From a virus: 64,000 bases of DNA. Made by a program: the position numbers and the translations under genes. Numbering within the stretch: position 1 is the stretch's first letter; every line of letters begins with the position of its first letter. This document shows positions 1-6,319 of the stretch, piece by piece. The notes under the pieces are model-generated. The model saw only the letters and a program-made list of their open reading frames with translations. It ran no database searches and was not told the DNA's origin. The stretch is from positions 1-64,000 of the IMG/VR virus record IMGVR_UViG_3300017963_000220; one strand, 5' to 3'.

Positions 1-123
1 CCTGGAGCCCGGCCCTGGAGCCCGGCCCTGGAGCCCGGCCCTGGAGCCCGGCCCTGGAGCCCGGCCCTGGAGCCCGGCCCTGGAGCCCGGCCCTGGAGCC
101 CGGCCCTGGAGCCCGGCCCTGGA
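1..123. repeat. 13-bp tandem repeat (CCTGGAGCCCGGC), 9 full copies plus 6 nt, truncated by window start
   Basis: The only T of the unit recurs at 3,16,29...120 (period 13). Copies are perfect; unique sequence starts at 124. Confidence 0.95.
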
Positions 124-125
124 AT

Positions 126-190
126 AAGGTTTGATTGGTATCAGATCAAAGCTAACCCTTTGATTTCATGGTTCAATTCCATGGTAGCCT
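126..190 (+). ncRNA. tRNA-like element TLS0 (weak closing stem)
   Basis: Hairpin TTTGAT-N9-ATCAAA (130-150). T-arm CATGG-TTCAATT-CCATG (167-183). Lies 19 nt upstream of GGAGG (209-213). Confidence 0.35.
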
Positions 191-218
191 ATCGGTGAAA
201 CACATATTGGAGGAAAAC

Positions 219-539
219 ATGGCCAAGCAAGAGACAACAGAGACCGTCGAACACGTCGAATTCACCAGGGTAGACGCAGGCGTTTACGCTGTTCCCCTCG
301 GTCAGCTCGTCAAGGACGACGACGGCTGTCGAGGGCACCTAGTCGAGATCGTGTACGCTGACTACACAGGTTTTCATGCCTGTGGGGTCGTCGTGGACCT
401 TTCCGACGACGTGGGCGAGCCGCTGTATCGGGCAGTCCGGTATAACAACTGGCTCGGCGCTGACGAAGATGATGTCAGCACGGCATACTACGACTCGTTG
501 GAGGACGCGGCGAGAGCCACCTATCCCGACGCAGCGTAG
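219..539 (+). CDS. hypothetical early protein
   Basis: ORF 168..539 trimmed to ATG219, 5 nt after GGAGG (209-213). Confidence 0.55.
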   Translation: MAKQETTETVEHVEFTRVDAGVYAVPLGQLVKDDDGCRGHLVEIVYADYTGFHACGVVVDLSDDVGEPLYRAVRYNNWLGADEDDVSTAYYDSLEDAARATYPDAA

Positions 540-554
540 TCGGTCTACATTCAA

Positions 555-618
555 GTCACGGCTCAAGGCGAGATCGCCCCGAAAGGGCGGCAGGTGGGTT
601 CGATTCCCACGCGTGGCG
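555..618 (+). ncRNA. tRNA-like element TLS1
   Basis: Closing stem GTCACG(555-560)/CGTGGC(612-617). Hairpin CGCCC-cgaaa-GGGCG (575-589). T-arm GTGGG-TTCGATT-CCCAC (594-610). Confidence 0.55.
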
Positions 619-639
619 CTAAGGTGAAATGGAGGACAA

Positions 640-1062
640 ATGAATAGTCAAGCATTGAACGCTGTTCTGGAATCTATGGAAGAACGGTGTGAATGGTGTG
701 GCAGTAAACACGTGTCGTTTGAGGCTTTGACAGGGGATACTTTGTGTACCTGCTGCCAGGGTTTAGCGACATGGCTTGTTGAGTCACTAGATGATGAGGC
801 ACTATTTTGTGGGCCTAATTCTCCTAGTGTATCGGCTTGTAGGGTCTTGGCAGAAGCCTTCCGTAGTTTGAATAAGGCTACTGGGTACCTGTCGAAGGAA
901 CTAAAAGCCCTGCTCGATGAGGAGTGTGACGGGGGTTTTGGGGAATTCGATCCTCATATGCCGCGCATAGCCCAGATTCACGCCGAGTACATGGATTCAA
1001 CATGGGATATCGTCCACGTAGACTGGCAAACTAAGACGGTCACATGGGGGCGTGTCTACTAG
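640..1062 (+). CDS. hypothetical Cys-rich (zinc-ribbon-like) protein
   Basis: GGAGG at 631-635. Contains CEWCG...CTCC cysteine pairs. Confidence 0.6.
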   Translation: MNSQALNAVLESMEERCEWCGSKHVSFEALTGDTLCTCCQGLATWLVESLDDEALFCGPNSPSVSACRVLAEAFRSLNKATGYLSKELKALLDEECDGGFGEFDPHMPRIAQIHAEYMDSTWDIVHVDWQTKTVTWGRVY

Positions 1063-1123
1063 ACTCGAATGGTAACCCCACGGGGGCAACCCCGTGGGGT
1101 GGGGGTCCGATTCCCTCACGAGT
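1063..1123 (+). ncRNA. tRNA-like element TLS2
   Basis: Closing stem ACTCG(1063-67)/CGAGT(1119-23). Perfect 10-bp hairpin with GCAA tetraloop (1076-1099). T-arm GGGGG-TCCGATT-CCCTC (1101-1117). Confidence 0.55.
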
Positions 1124-1146
1124 AATCGGTGAATAGGAGGATGCAA

Positions 1147-1473
1147 ATGAAAAAGCGTCACAAGGAGAATGATTACGAGATAATCGTCCGTGAGCGTGAG
1201 GTGGCAACCCTCGATGAGGAGCTACCTGATGATCTCGTCGATACCTTGAGAAAGGTTATCATCGAAGCAGTAACGTCTCACCCGGATTTCCAACCGGATG
1301 ACGACGAGATCTTGGAGACGCTCAAGGAGCACATGGAAGACGCCATCCAAGGCGCGTTTTCCGAGGCTATTGACGACACAGCAAAAGCTCTCTTTATCAA
1401 GAGAGGGCGTGTGGCGGATATGGCGCAAGGTGTCCTAACGGATGTCGTCGAGGATATGACGACGTACTGGTAG
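1147..1473 (+). CDS. hypothetical acidic protein
   Basis: ORF 1129..1473 trimmed to ATG1147, 6 nt after AGGAGG (1135-1140). Confidence 0.55.
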   Translation: MKKRHKENDYEIIVREREVATLDEELPDDLVDTLRKVIIEAVTSHPDFQPDDDEILETLKEHMEDAIQGAFSEAIDDTAKALFIKRGRVADMAQGVLTDVVEDMTTYW

Positions 1474-1492
1474 CAGTTTCCCTTACAGCGTG

Positions 1493-1556
1493 GCCACGGC
1501 TCGAGGCGAGATCGGCTCGAAAGGTCGGCAGGTGGGTTCGATTCCCACGCGTGGCT
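1493..1556 (+). ncRNA. tRNA-like element TLS3 (paralog of TLS1)
   Basis: GCCACG(1493-98)/CGTGGC(1550-55). Hairpin CGGCT-cgaaa-GGTCG (1513-27) keeps pairing relative to TLS1 through G-U wobbles. T-arm 1532-1548. Confidence 0.55.
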
Positions 1557-1580
1557 CTAAGGTGAAATGGAGGTAGAGAA

Positions 1581-1814
1581 ATGCCTTATCCCAAGCAGGT
1601 AAGGATGGTTTTCAGTGGTAATTTAGATATTGGGCTAATACTCGAGCAACTCAGGTACGCTGGTTGTTTGACGTATGACGCCGATTCTGAGGAGGGCAGA
1701 CTAACTTTAGTGGTCAATCCCCCTCGGGGTGTCAATATCAAAAGGTGGGCTAGTCAGACGGCAGAGCGACCTAAGTCGTTTGGTGTGGTTACTGAGATTA
1801 TCACTAATCTATGA
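1581..1814 (+). CDS. hypothetical protein
   Basis: ORF-track entry with GGAGG upstream (1569-1573). Confidence 0.5.
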   Translation: MPYPKQVRMVFSGNLDIGLILEQLRYAGCLTYDADSEEGRLTLVVNPPRGVNIKRWASQTAERPKSFGVVTEIITNL

Positions 1815-1817
1815 TTT

Positions 1818-1876
1818 GATCTGATGGAGATCACGGGGGGCCAGCAATGGCCCCCCGTGGGAGGTTCGATTCCTCT
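1818..1876 (+). ncRNA. tRNA-like element TLS4 (no clear closing stem)
   Basis: GATC-N7-GATC hairpin (1818-32). 12-bp hairpin with GCAA loop (1832-1859). T-arm GGAGG-TTCGATT-CCTCT (1860-1876). Confidence 0.45.
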
Positions 1877-1901
1877 ACAAGTCGCCGAAAGGAGGTAGCA
1901 T

Positions 1902-2168
1902 ATGGCTATCGTAAGAGACAAGAGGGTTGTGGAAACCAAAGATGACGGCATGAGCTTCAAGGCGTGGATGAGTATTATCAACGCCTTGGTAGGCAGGTTC
2001 TACGGCTGTTCGCTGTATGATCTCCCGGACATGATGTTTCGGGACGCATACGACGGTGGTGATTCACCGCTCGATTTCTTCAATGAGTACGTAGCAGAGG
2101 AGATCGAGTCCTCGGGCTTTGGCGATATCGTTGAGAATGTCGTATACAAGCCCAAGGAGGCAGCGTGA
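1902..2168 (+). CDS. hypothetical protein
   Basis: AAAGGAGG lies 6 nt upstream of the ATG. Confidence 0.6.
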   Translation: MAIVRDKRVVETKDDGMSFKAWMSIINALVGRFYGCSLYDLPDMMFRDAYDGGDSPLDFFNEYVAEEIESSGFGDIVENVVYKPKEAA

Positions 2169-2386
2169 TGGCTTGGCTAACAGTGGTTCCGGCCTATGGC
2201 CGAGATTACAAGTCGGCTAAGGCAGCCAAGGTGGATTGGGAGTCGGGAAAAGACTTTCAGATCGCCGACATCTCCAGCCCGGACAACGGCAGATACGTGT
2301 CAAAGAACGATCTCGAGGGGTCGAATATTGACACCGTAAAGGTCAGGTTCGGCAAGCTGGCGAAGGTTACCACGATCAAGGTCTAG
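2165..2386 (+). CDS. hypothetical protein
   Basis: GTGATG overlap with the upstream stop, suggesting translational coupling. Confidence 0.5.
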   Translation: MMAWLTVVPAYGRDYKSAKAAKVDWESGKDFQIADISSPDNGRYVSKNDLEGSNIDTVKVRFGKLAKVTTIKV

Positions 2387-2510
2387 TCCCCAATGGGGGA
2401 TGGCGCAAAAAACGGCTTAGGCTTCCGGGTCTAGTTCGGGGTCAGTATGACCCAAGGGCCTGTGCGCTCTCCTCCTTTCACCGAGGACTAGGCCCGAGAG
2501 TTTGAGCAGG

Positions 2511-2564
2511 GGCGGTGATGATCTGAAAAGGATCATATCAGGTTCGTGACCTGACCGTCCCGCC
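2511..2564 (+). ncRNA. tRNA-like element TLS5 (divergent T-arm)
   Basis: GGCGG(2511-15)/CCGCC(2560-64). GATC-N7-GATC hairpin (2518-2536). CAGGT-tcgtg-ACCTG (2539-53). Confidence 0.4.
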
Positions 2565-2580
2565 GGGAAAGGAGGGACAA

Positions 2581-2979
2581 ATGGAAATCAAGTCCTTCGA
2601 CAGCATGGAGGAGATGTTCGAGGAGCTGGATAACCAGCGAAAAGCCGCCGATGATCGTGTGGAGCCGTGGCAGAGGAAACTCAGACCGGGCGATTACGCG
2701 GTTAGGTGGTTTGAGGGCATTACCATCTACTCGGAAATCCTTCGACCGTCCTCTGAGGACAGAGCCTTATATAAACAGCCGCATATGAAGCATTTCAGGC
2801 TTACGCGGTCGTATTCGGTCGTCTGTCCAGAGGGGGAGATTGGTGACGTTCACGTCAGCACTTTCCATCACCTCTGTGACGCGAAACAGTGGGAACGAGC
2901 GGTTGAAAAGGGATTTCCGAGCGAGATGCAGGACGTATACTACGTCGTTCGTGGTGAATATCCTCCACATTCCTGTTAG
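2581..2979 (+). CDS. hypothetical protein
   Basis: AAAGGAGGG upstream of the ATG. Confidence 0.6.
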   Translation: MEIKSFDSMEEMFEELDNQRKAADDRVEPWQRKLRPGDYAVRWFEGITIYSEILRPSSEDRALYKQPHMKHFRLTRSYSVVCPEGEIGDVHVSTFHHLCDAKQWERAVEKGFPSEMQDVYYVVRGEYPPHSC

Positions 2980-3007
2980 ACAAAGCATGTATCATAGCTC
3001 TGGTGAG

Positions 3008-3038
3008 ACCCTACGGGGTAGCCGGGTCCGATTCCCGG
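3008..3038 (+). ncRNA. tRNA-like element TLS6 (hairpin plus T-arm only)
   Basis: ACCC-UACG-GGGT hairpin with a UNCG-type loop (3008-19). T-arm CCGGG-TCCGATT-CCCGG (3022-38). Confidence 0.4.
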
Positions 3039-3081
3039 CTGTGATGTGTCAGGGCGCACAGAAGCGCGAAAGGAGACTGAA

Positions 3082-3639
3082 ATGAAGCTGAAGATGGGTA
3101 GTAAGAAGGCAAAGAAGTCCAAGGCTAAAAAGCCTGAGGCTAAGAAGAAGCCAGAGGTTCAGCGGCGGAAGTCGAAGCGAGCAACGGCCCAAGGGCCGCT
3201 CTTTGAGCGGGCTCGAAAGGTTGATGACGCTCTCCAGGCAGCTATTGACTTGGTTACCTCGGTAGCCAATGAGATGGACACTTGGAGCGCCGCTGATGGC
3301 AACGCTTTACGCGAAGTCGCGAATTCTCCGGATTCTTCCATGTTCTGGGATCACACTATGCGTGAACTGGGGCGTGAGGTCTCGGGAACGGCTCTGTTGA
3401 AAGACGCAGCCACACAGGCTATCAAGCTGACGAATCAGTTGGTTTGGTACCAGTGGGCCTTCACCGCCGTGGCAGCGTATGACGCGGCGAAAGCGGCTCA
3501 GGCGGCGAAAGCGGCTCAGAAGCCCAAGAAGGCTCAGAAGCCCAAGAAGGCAAAGAAAGCCAAGGCCGGAAAGCCCTCCAAGAAAAAGCAACCCAAAAAG
3601 GCATCAAAACTCAACCTGAAGAAGAAAAAGAAAAAGTGA
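3082..3639 (+). CDS. Lys/Ala-rich basic protein with histone-H1-like tails
   Basis: ORF 3046.. trimmed to ATG3082 after AAAGGAG. N-terminus MKLKMGSKKAKKSKAKK. C-terminus is AKAAQ/KPKK repeats ending KKKKKK. Confidence 0.6.
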   Translation: MKLKMGSKKAKKSKAKKPEAKKKPEVQRRKSKRATAQGPLFERARKVDDALQAAIDLVTSVANEMDTWSAADGNALREVANSPDSSMFWDHTMRELGREVSGTALLKDAATQAIKLTNQLVWYQWAFTAVAAYDAAKAAQAAKAAQKPKKAQKPKKAKKAKAGKPSKKKQPKKASKLNLKKKKKK

Positions 3640-3648
3640 GTCCTGACA

Positions 3649-3697
3649 GCGTGTAGGGTGCAAGGCCCAATGGAGAGGTTCGATTCCTCTCCCACGC
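3649..3697 (+). ncRNA. tRNA-like element TLS7
   Basis: GCGTG(3649-53)/CACGC(3693-97). Small GCAA-loop hairpin. 7-bp T-arm GGAGAGG-TTCGATT-CCTCTCC (3672-92). Confidence 0.5.
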
Positions 3698-3742
3698 GCC
3701 GAGCCCCAATGGTGGGGCATTTACAAGTAGTAGGAGGAGAAT

Positions 3743-4207
3743 ATGGCCCGTAGGAAGAAGAACAAGAACTCCAAGAAGCAAGCTCCGCCCCCTCCCCCGC
3801 CTGAAGAGGTAGAGGAGGAAGAAGCAGAGGAAGAGGAGGAAGCTGAAGAGGAGGACGAGGAAGAGGCCGAAGACGAAGACGACGAAGCAGAAGAAGAGGA
3901 GGAAGAGGAGGAAGAAGAGCCTCCGCCCCCTCGGAAGAAGCATCGTGGGAAAGTCTGGATCGATGAGCTTCATCTCATCCACCACGACGGAGCACTCTAT
4001 CTCTCTACCGATCCCCTGGCGTTCATCAAGGAATCGCTGGGCGATGTGGAGCCAGCAGAGCTGAATGATCAGCTCGAGGAGTTCAAGGTCGCGAGGCTCG
4101 TGCAATGGGACGAGCTAGAGATCGAGGACGGGGACGAGCTGGAATTCGCAGATATCACTGATGTCTGTGATATCCAGTTCTCCGACTGGGATCTCTCCTG
4201 GAAGTAA
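3743..4207 (+). CDS. polyacidic protein (~55-residue Glu/Asp tract)
   Basis: AGGAGGAG upstream. N-terminus MARRKKNKNSKK, then a PPPPPP-EEVEEEE...EEEE-PPPP tract. Confidence 0.6.
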   Translation: MARRKKNKNSKKQAPPPPPPEEVEEEEAEEEEEAEEEDEEEAEDEDDEAEEEEEEEEEEPPPPRKKHRGKVWIDELHLIHHDGALYLSTDPLAFIKESLGDVEPAELNDQLEEFKVARLVQWDELEIEDGDELEFADITDVCDIQFSDWDLSWK

Positions 4208-4226
4208 GCACCTTATTCCCCCCACA

Positions 4227-4268
4227 GGGGGTGGGGTGATCGAAGTCAGATCACCCCACCCCCATTTT
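4227..4268 (+). terminator. rho-independent terminator built on a GATC-N7-GATC hairpin
   Basis: 15-bp stem GGGGGTGGGGTGATC / GATCACCCCACCCCC, 7-nt loop, then ATTTT. Confidence 0.7.
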
Positions 4269-4317
4269 AGCAGTGTTGGGTATTCAGGCCCATAGAGGTT
4301 CGATTCCTCTAAACGCT
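4269..4317 (+). ncRNA. tRNA-like element TLS8
   Basis: T-arm TAGAGG-TTCGATT-CCTCTA (4293-4311). Imperfect closing stem AGC..GTT/AACGCT. Follows the terminator at 4227-4268. Confidence 0.4.
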
Positions 4318-4332
4318 AGAAAGGAGGACAGC

Positions 4333-4731
4333 ATGTCCGATATCAAAATAAGCCCTAAACATGGGCTGAATCCGTCTGTAACGGTGTGTTTCTTCTGTGG
4401 CAAGAGCGTCGGCGTGGCGATCTGTGGTCACCTGAAAGGTGATCAGGAAGCCCCACGCACAATGATGTCTTATCCAGAGGAAGCCTGTGACGAGTGTAAG
4501 GATTGGATGACGAAGGGTATTTACCTGGTAGGCATCGATCCTGAGCGCTCCGACCCTAAGAAGGGTCTGAACGGTTTCTACCGCTCAGGGCAGTGTACTG
4601 TTGTCAGTGAAGAGGCGTTTCGTCGGTTGTTCGACGGAGGAGCTGAAGCCGTGAAGTTCGGCTTGAAGCATCGTTGGACCTTCATTGATGGGACTATGTT
4701 GGCCCAGATAATAGACGCATCGACAGACTAA
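4333..4731 (+). CDS. hypothetical zinc-ribbon protein
   Basis: ORF 4273.. trimmed to ATG4333 after AAAGGAGG. Contains CFFCG and CDEC pairs. Confidence 0.6.
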   Translation: MSDIKISPKHGLNPSVTVCFFCGKSVGVAICGHLKGDQEAPRTMMSYPEEACDECKDWMTKGIYLVGIDPERSDPKKGLNGFYRSGQCTVVSEEAFRRLFDGGAEAVKFGLKHRWTFIDGTMLAQIIDASTD

Positions 4732-4738
4732 CGTAATA

Positions 4739-4830
4739 GACCACGAGAGCGGACTAACCAACCGCTCATGGGAGCACACAATTTCAGGAGTCGTTGTGTG
4801 ATCGCTGGTTCAAATCCAGCCGTGGTCACC
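4739..4830 (+). ncRNA. tRNA-like element TLS9 (four-arm cloverleaf-like, non-canonical)
   Basis: 7-bp acceptor GACCACG(4739-45)/CGTGGTC(4821-27) followed by A-CC. D-like arm AGCGG-N9-CCGCT. 7-bp stem with 12-nt loop (4775-4800). T-arm GCTGG-TTCAAAT-CCAGC. Confidence 0.6.
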
Positions 4831-4844
4831 GAAAGGAGGGTGTG

Positions 4845-5327
4845 ATGGGCATCCATAATAAAAAGACTAACCGGGAGTTGTTGGAGTTGTACTTCGACAC
4901 GGCGGCACAGCTCGTCGAGGTACAAAAGGATCTGGACGTAATAATCCAAGAATTCCAAGAGCGTGGAATAGCACAGATTGACCTAACAGCTCCGAAAATC
5001 TTTGTGGGCAACAACGGTAAAGGTTCTTTGGTGTCTGAGGATACCGAGGCAGAGGTAGCTTGGAAAGAGCTACAGGACGCTCGAAAGCACCGATCCAAAA
5101 AGACCCTCAAGAATGGGAAGAATGGGCAACCTACATTCCGTGGTCGTGGAGATATCTCGAAGAACATCTACGATCTACTTAGCTCAGGCAGAGCTACAGG
5201 AAAGGAACTAGCCGCGACCCTCGAGCTTACCCCGAAACAGGTGAGCAATTCTTTGTCGCTACTCAAGCGGCGGGGCTTGGTGGAGAAGACGCCAGGCTTT
5301 GACAGAGTGTGGCAAGTTACTGAATGA
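4845..5327 (+). CDS. putative winged-helix DNA-binding protein
   Basis: ORF 4794.. trimmed to ATG4845 after AAAGGAGGG. C-terminus GKELAATLELTPKQVSNSLSLLKRRGLVEK looks MarR-like. Confidence 0.5.
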   Translation: MGIHNKKTNRELLELYFDTAAQLVEVQKDLDVIIQEFQERGIAQIDLTAPKIFVGNNGKGSLVSEDTEAEVAWKELQDARKHRSKKTLKNGKNGQPTFRGRGDISKNIYDLLSSGRATGKELAATLELTPKQVSNSLSLLKRRGLVEKTPGFDRVWQVTE

Positions 5328-5333
5328 GTGAAC

Positions 5334-5392
5334 GCCCTGGGTGATCCTACTCAGATCACTGTGAGCCAGGTTCGGACCTGGCCAGGGCACCA
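5334..5392 (+). ncRNA. tRNA-like element TLS10 (D-armless mini-tRNA shape with encoded ACCA)
   Basis: 7-bp acceptor GCCCTGG(5334-40)/CCAGGGC(5382-88). Anticodon-arm-like GTGATC-ctactca-GATCAC (5341-59). CCAGG-ttcgga-CCTGG (5366-81). Then A-CCA (5389-92). Confidence 0.65.
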
Positions 5393-5407
5393 TGAAAGGA
5401 GGGTATA

Positions 5408-5728
5408 ATGGCCCTTAGAGTGACGAATGTGGAGCACTTCCACAAGGTTCTGGAAGAGTTGGCTGAACAACCAGATTTCGACCAGCTACACAAGGCGTTC
5501 GAGAAGCAGGTGAAATACCTTCACCATTACAACCCAAAAATGTTCGATGTCGAGGTAGGCTACGACATGGCAAAATGGAGCTTCTCGATCTACTGGGTGA
5601 AGAAGGGTAAGAACGAAGTCTATATGAATGGCGGTCTTATCTACCACCCAGGTGCCCGTGAGGCTGACCGTTCGTTGTCGGTTGAGCTAAACTATGACAG
5701 TGAGCCGCATTGGAGTGTACACACATGA
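5408..5728 (+). CDS. hypothetical protein
   Basis: AAAGGAGGG upstream. Confidence 0.6.
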   Translation: MALRVTNVEHFHKVLEELAEQPDFDQLHKAFEKQVKYLHHYNPKMFDVEVGYDMAKWSFSIYWVKKGKNEVYMNGGLIYHPGAREADRSLSVELNYDSEPHWSVHT

Positions 5729-6009
5729 AGATCAAAGTGGGGACATACACAGCCGCCAAAGGTGAGAACTACGGCATGAACGCTTTGTACGTTCAAGCCG
5801 GAAGTCTGACGGTCTGGTTTAGCTACGATACTATCATAGCATTCCAAGATGGAGTGGAAGACCGCGTGGGTTTATCAAACCCAGCGGGGAGCACTACGGC
5901 AAAGCATCTTGGTCTGGTGTGTCCAGAGTATCGCCTGGCTCAAGACGATTTCGACAAAGCTCTACACGCCGCTTTTGACAAGCATGGTGTGTGGATAGAA
6001 AAGGATTGA
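5725..6009 (+). CDS. hypothetical protein
   Basis: ATGA overlap with the upstream stop (ATG5725 / TGA5726-28). Confidence 0.5.
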   Translation: MKIKVGTYTAAKGENYGMNALYVQAGSLTVWFSYDTIIAFQDGVEDRVGLSNPAGSTTAKHLGLVCPEYRLAQDDFDKALHAAFDKHGVWIEKD

Positions 6010-6012
6010 GTC

Positions 6013-6252
6013 ATGACGTATGGTCAGACGAGAAACATTCGTCTACTTGAGGATCGAACAAAGGAGATGGAATCTCACCTCGAGTTTCTCGAAGAGCAGA
6101 TTGAAGACTATGAAAGCTTGGTCTTCAAGCTGGCTAATTTCTATGACGTTCCACCAGACTTCAAGGCGGAAACCTATGGGCTGAACGCAGATGAGGCTGA
6201 GTACCTCTACTGTGTTCTAAACCCCGATCCTGAAATAGATGAGGAGGATTGA
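6013..6252 (+). CDS. hypothetical acidic protein
   Basis: Starts 3 nt after the previous stop. Confidence 0.5.
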   Translation: MTYGQTRNIRLLEDRTKEMESHLEFLEEQIEDYESLVFKLANFYDVPPDFKAETYGLNADEAEYLYCVLNPDPEIDEED

Positions 6253-6257
6253 AAGCA

Positions 6258-6304
6258 AGCGTAGCCAGAAGGTGGCTAGGCGGGTTCGACTCCCGCCTAC
6301 GCTA
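6258..6304 (+). ncRNA. tRNA-like element TLS11 (minimal)
   Basis: 7-bp acceptor AGCGTAG(6258-64)/CTACGCT(6297-6303). Short hairpin CCA-gaagg-TGG. T-arm GCGGG-TTCGACT-CCCGC (6280-96). Confidence 0.6.
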
Positions 6305-6319
6305 TAGATAGGAGGCCAA

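Noticed and set aside
1-123. CRISPR array.
   Set aside because: The 13-bp units are directly abutting with no spacers, so this is a simple tandem repeat.
2387-2510. Possible additional ncRNA or minus-strand gene in the 194-nt gap before 2581 (hairpins at 2390-2403 and 2439-2453; CTCCTCCTTT at 2469-2478).
   Set aside because: No start codon follows the minus-strand SD-like sequence. The hairpins are short and not repeated elsewhere. Only the 3' part (TLS5) matches a recurring family.
3611-4105. 164-aa minus-strand ORF (Leu/Phe-rich). Similar antisense ORFs occur at 51031-51720, 59284-59796, 55169-55711 and 61134-63987.
   Set aside because: All lie opposite well-supported + strand genes, lack SD sequences, and have a composition typical of antisense purine-rich coding DNA.
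4739-4830. Possible genuine tRNA gene (TLS9).
   Set aside because: The anticodon-position arm has a 7-bp stem and a 12-nt loop. The D-loop lacks the conserved GG, and no 7-nt anticodon loop can be drawn. It is kept as a tRNA-like element, not a tRNA.
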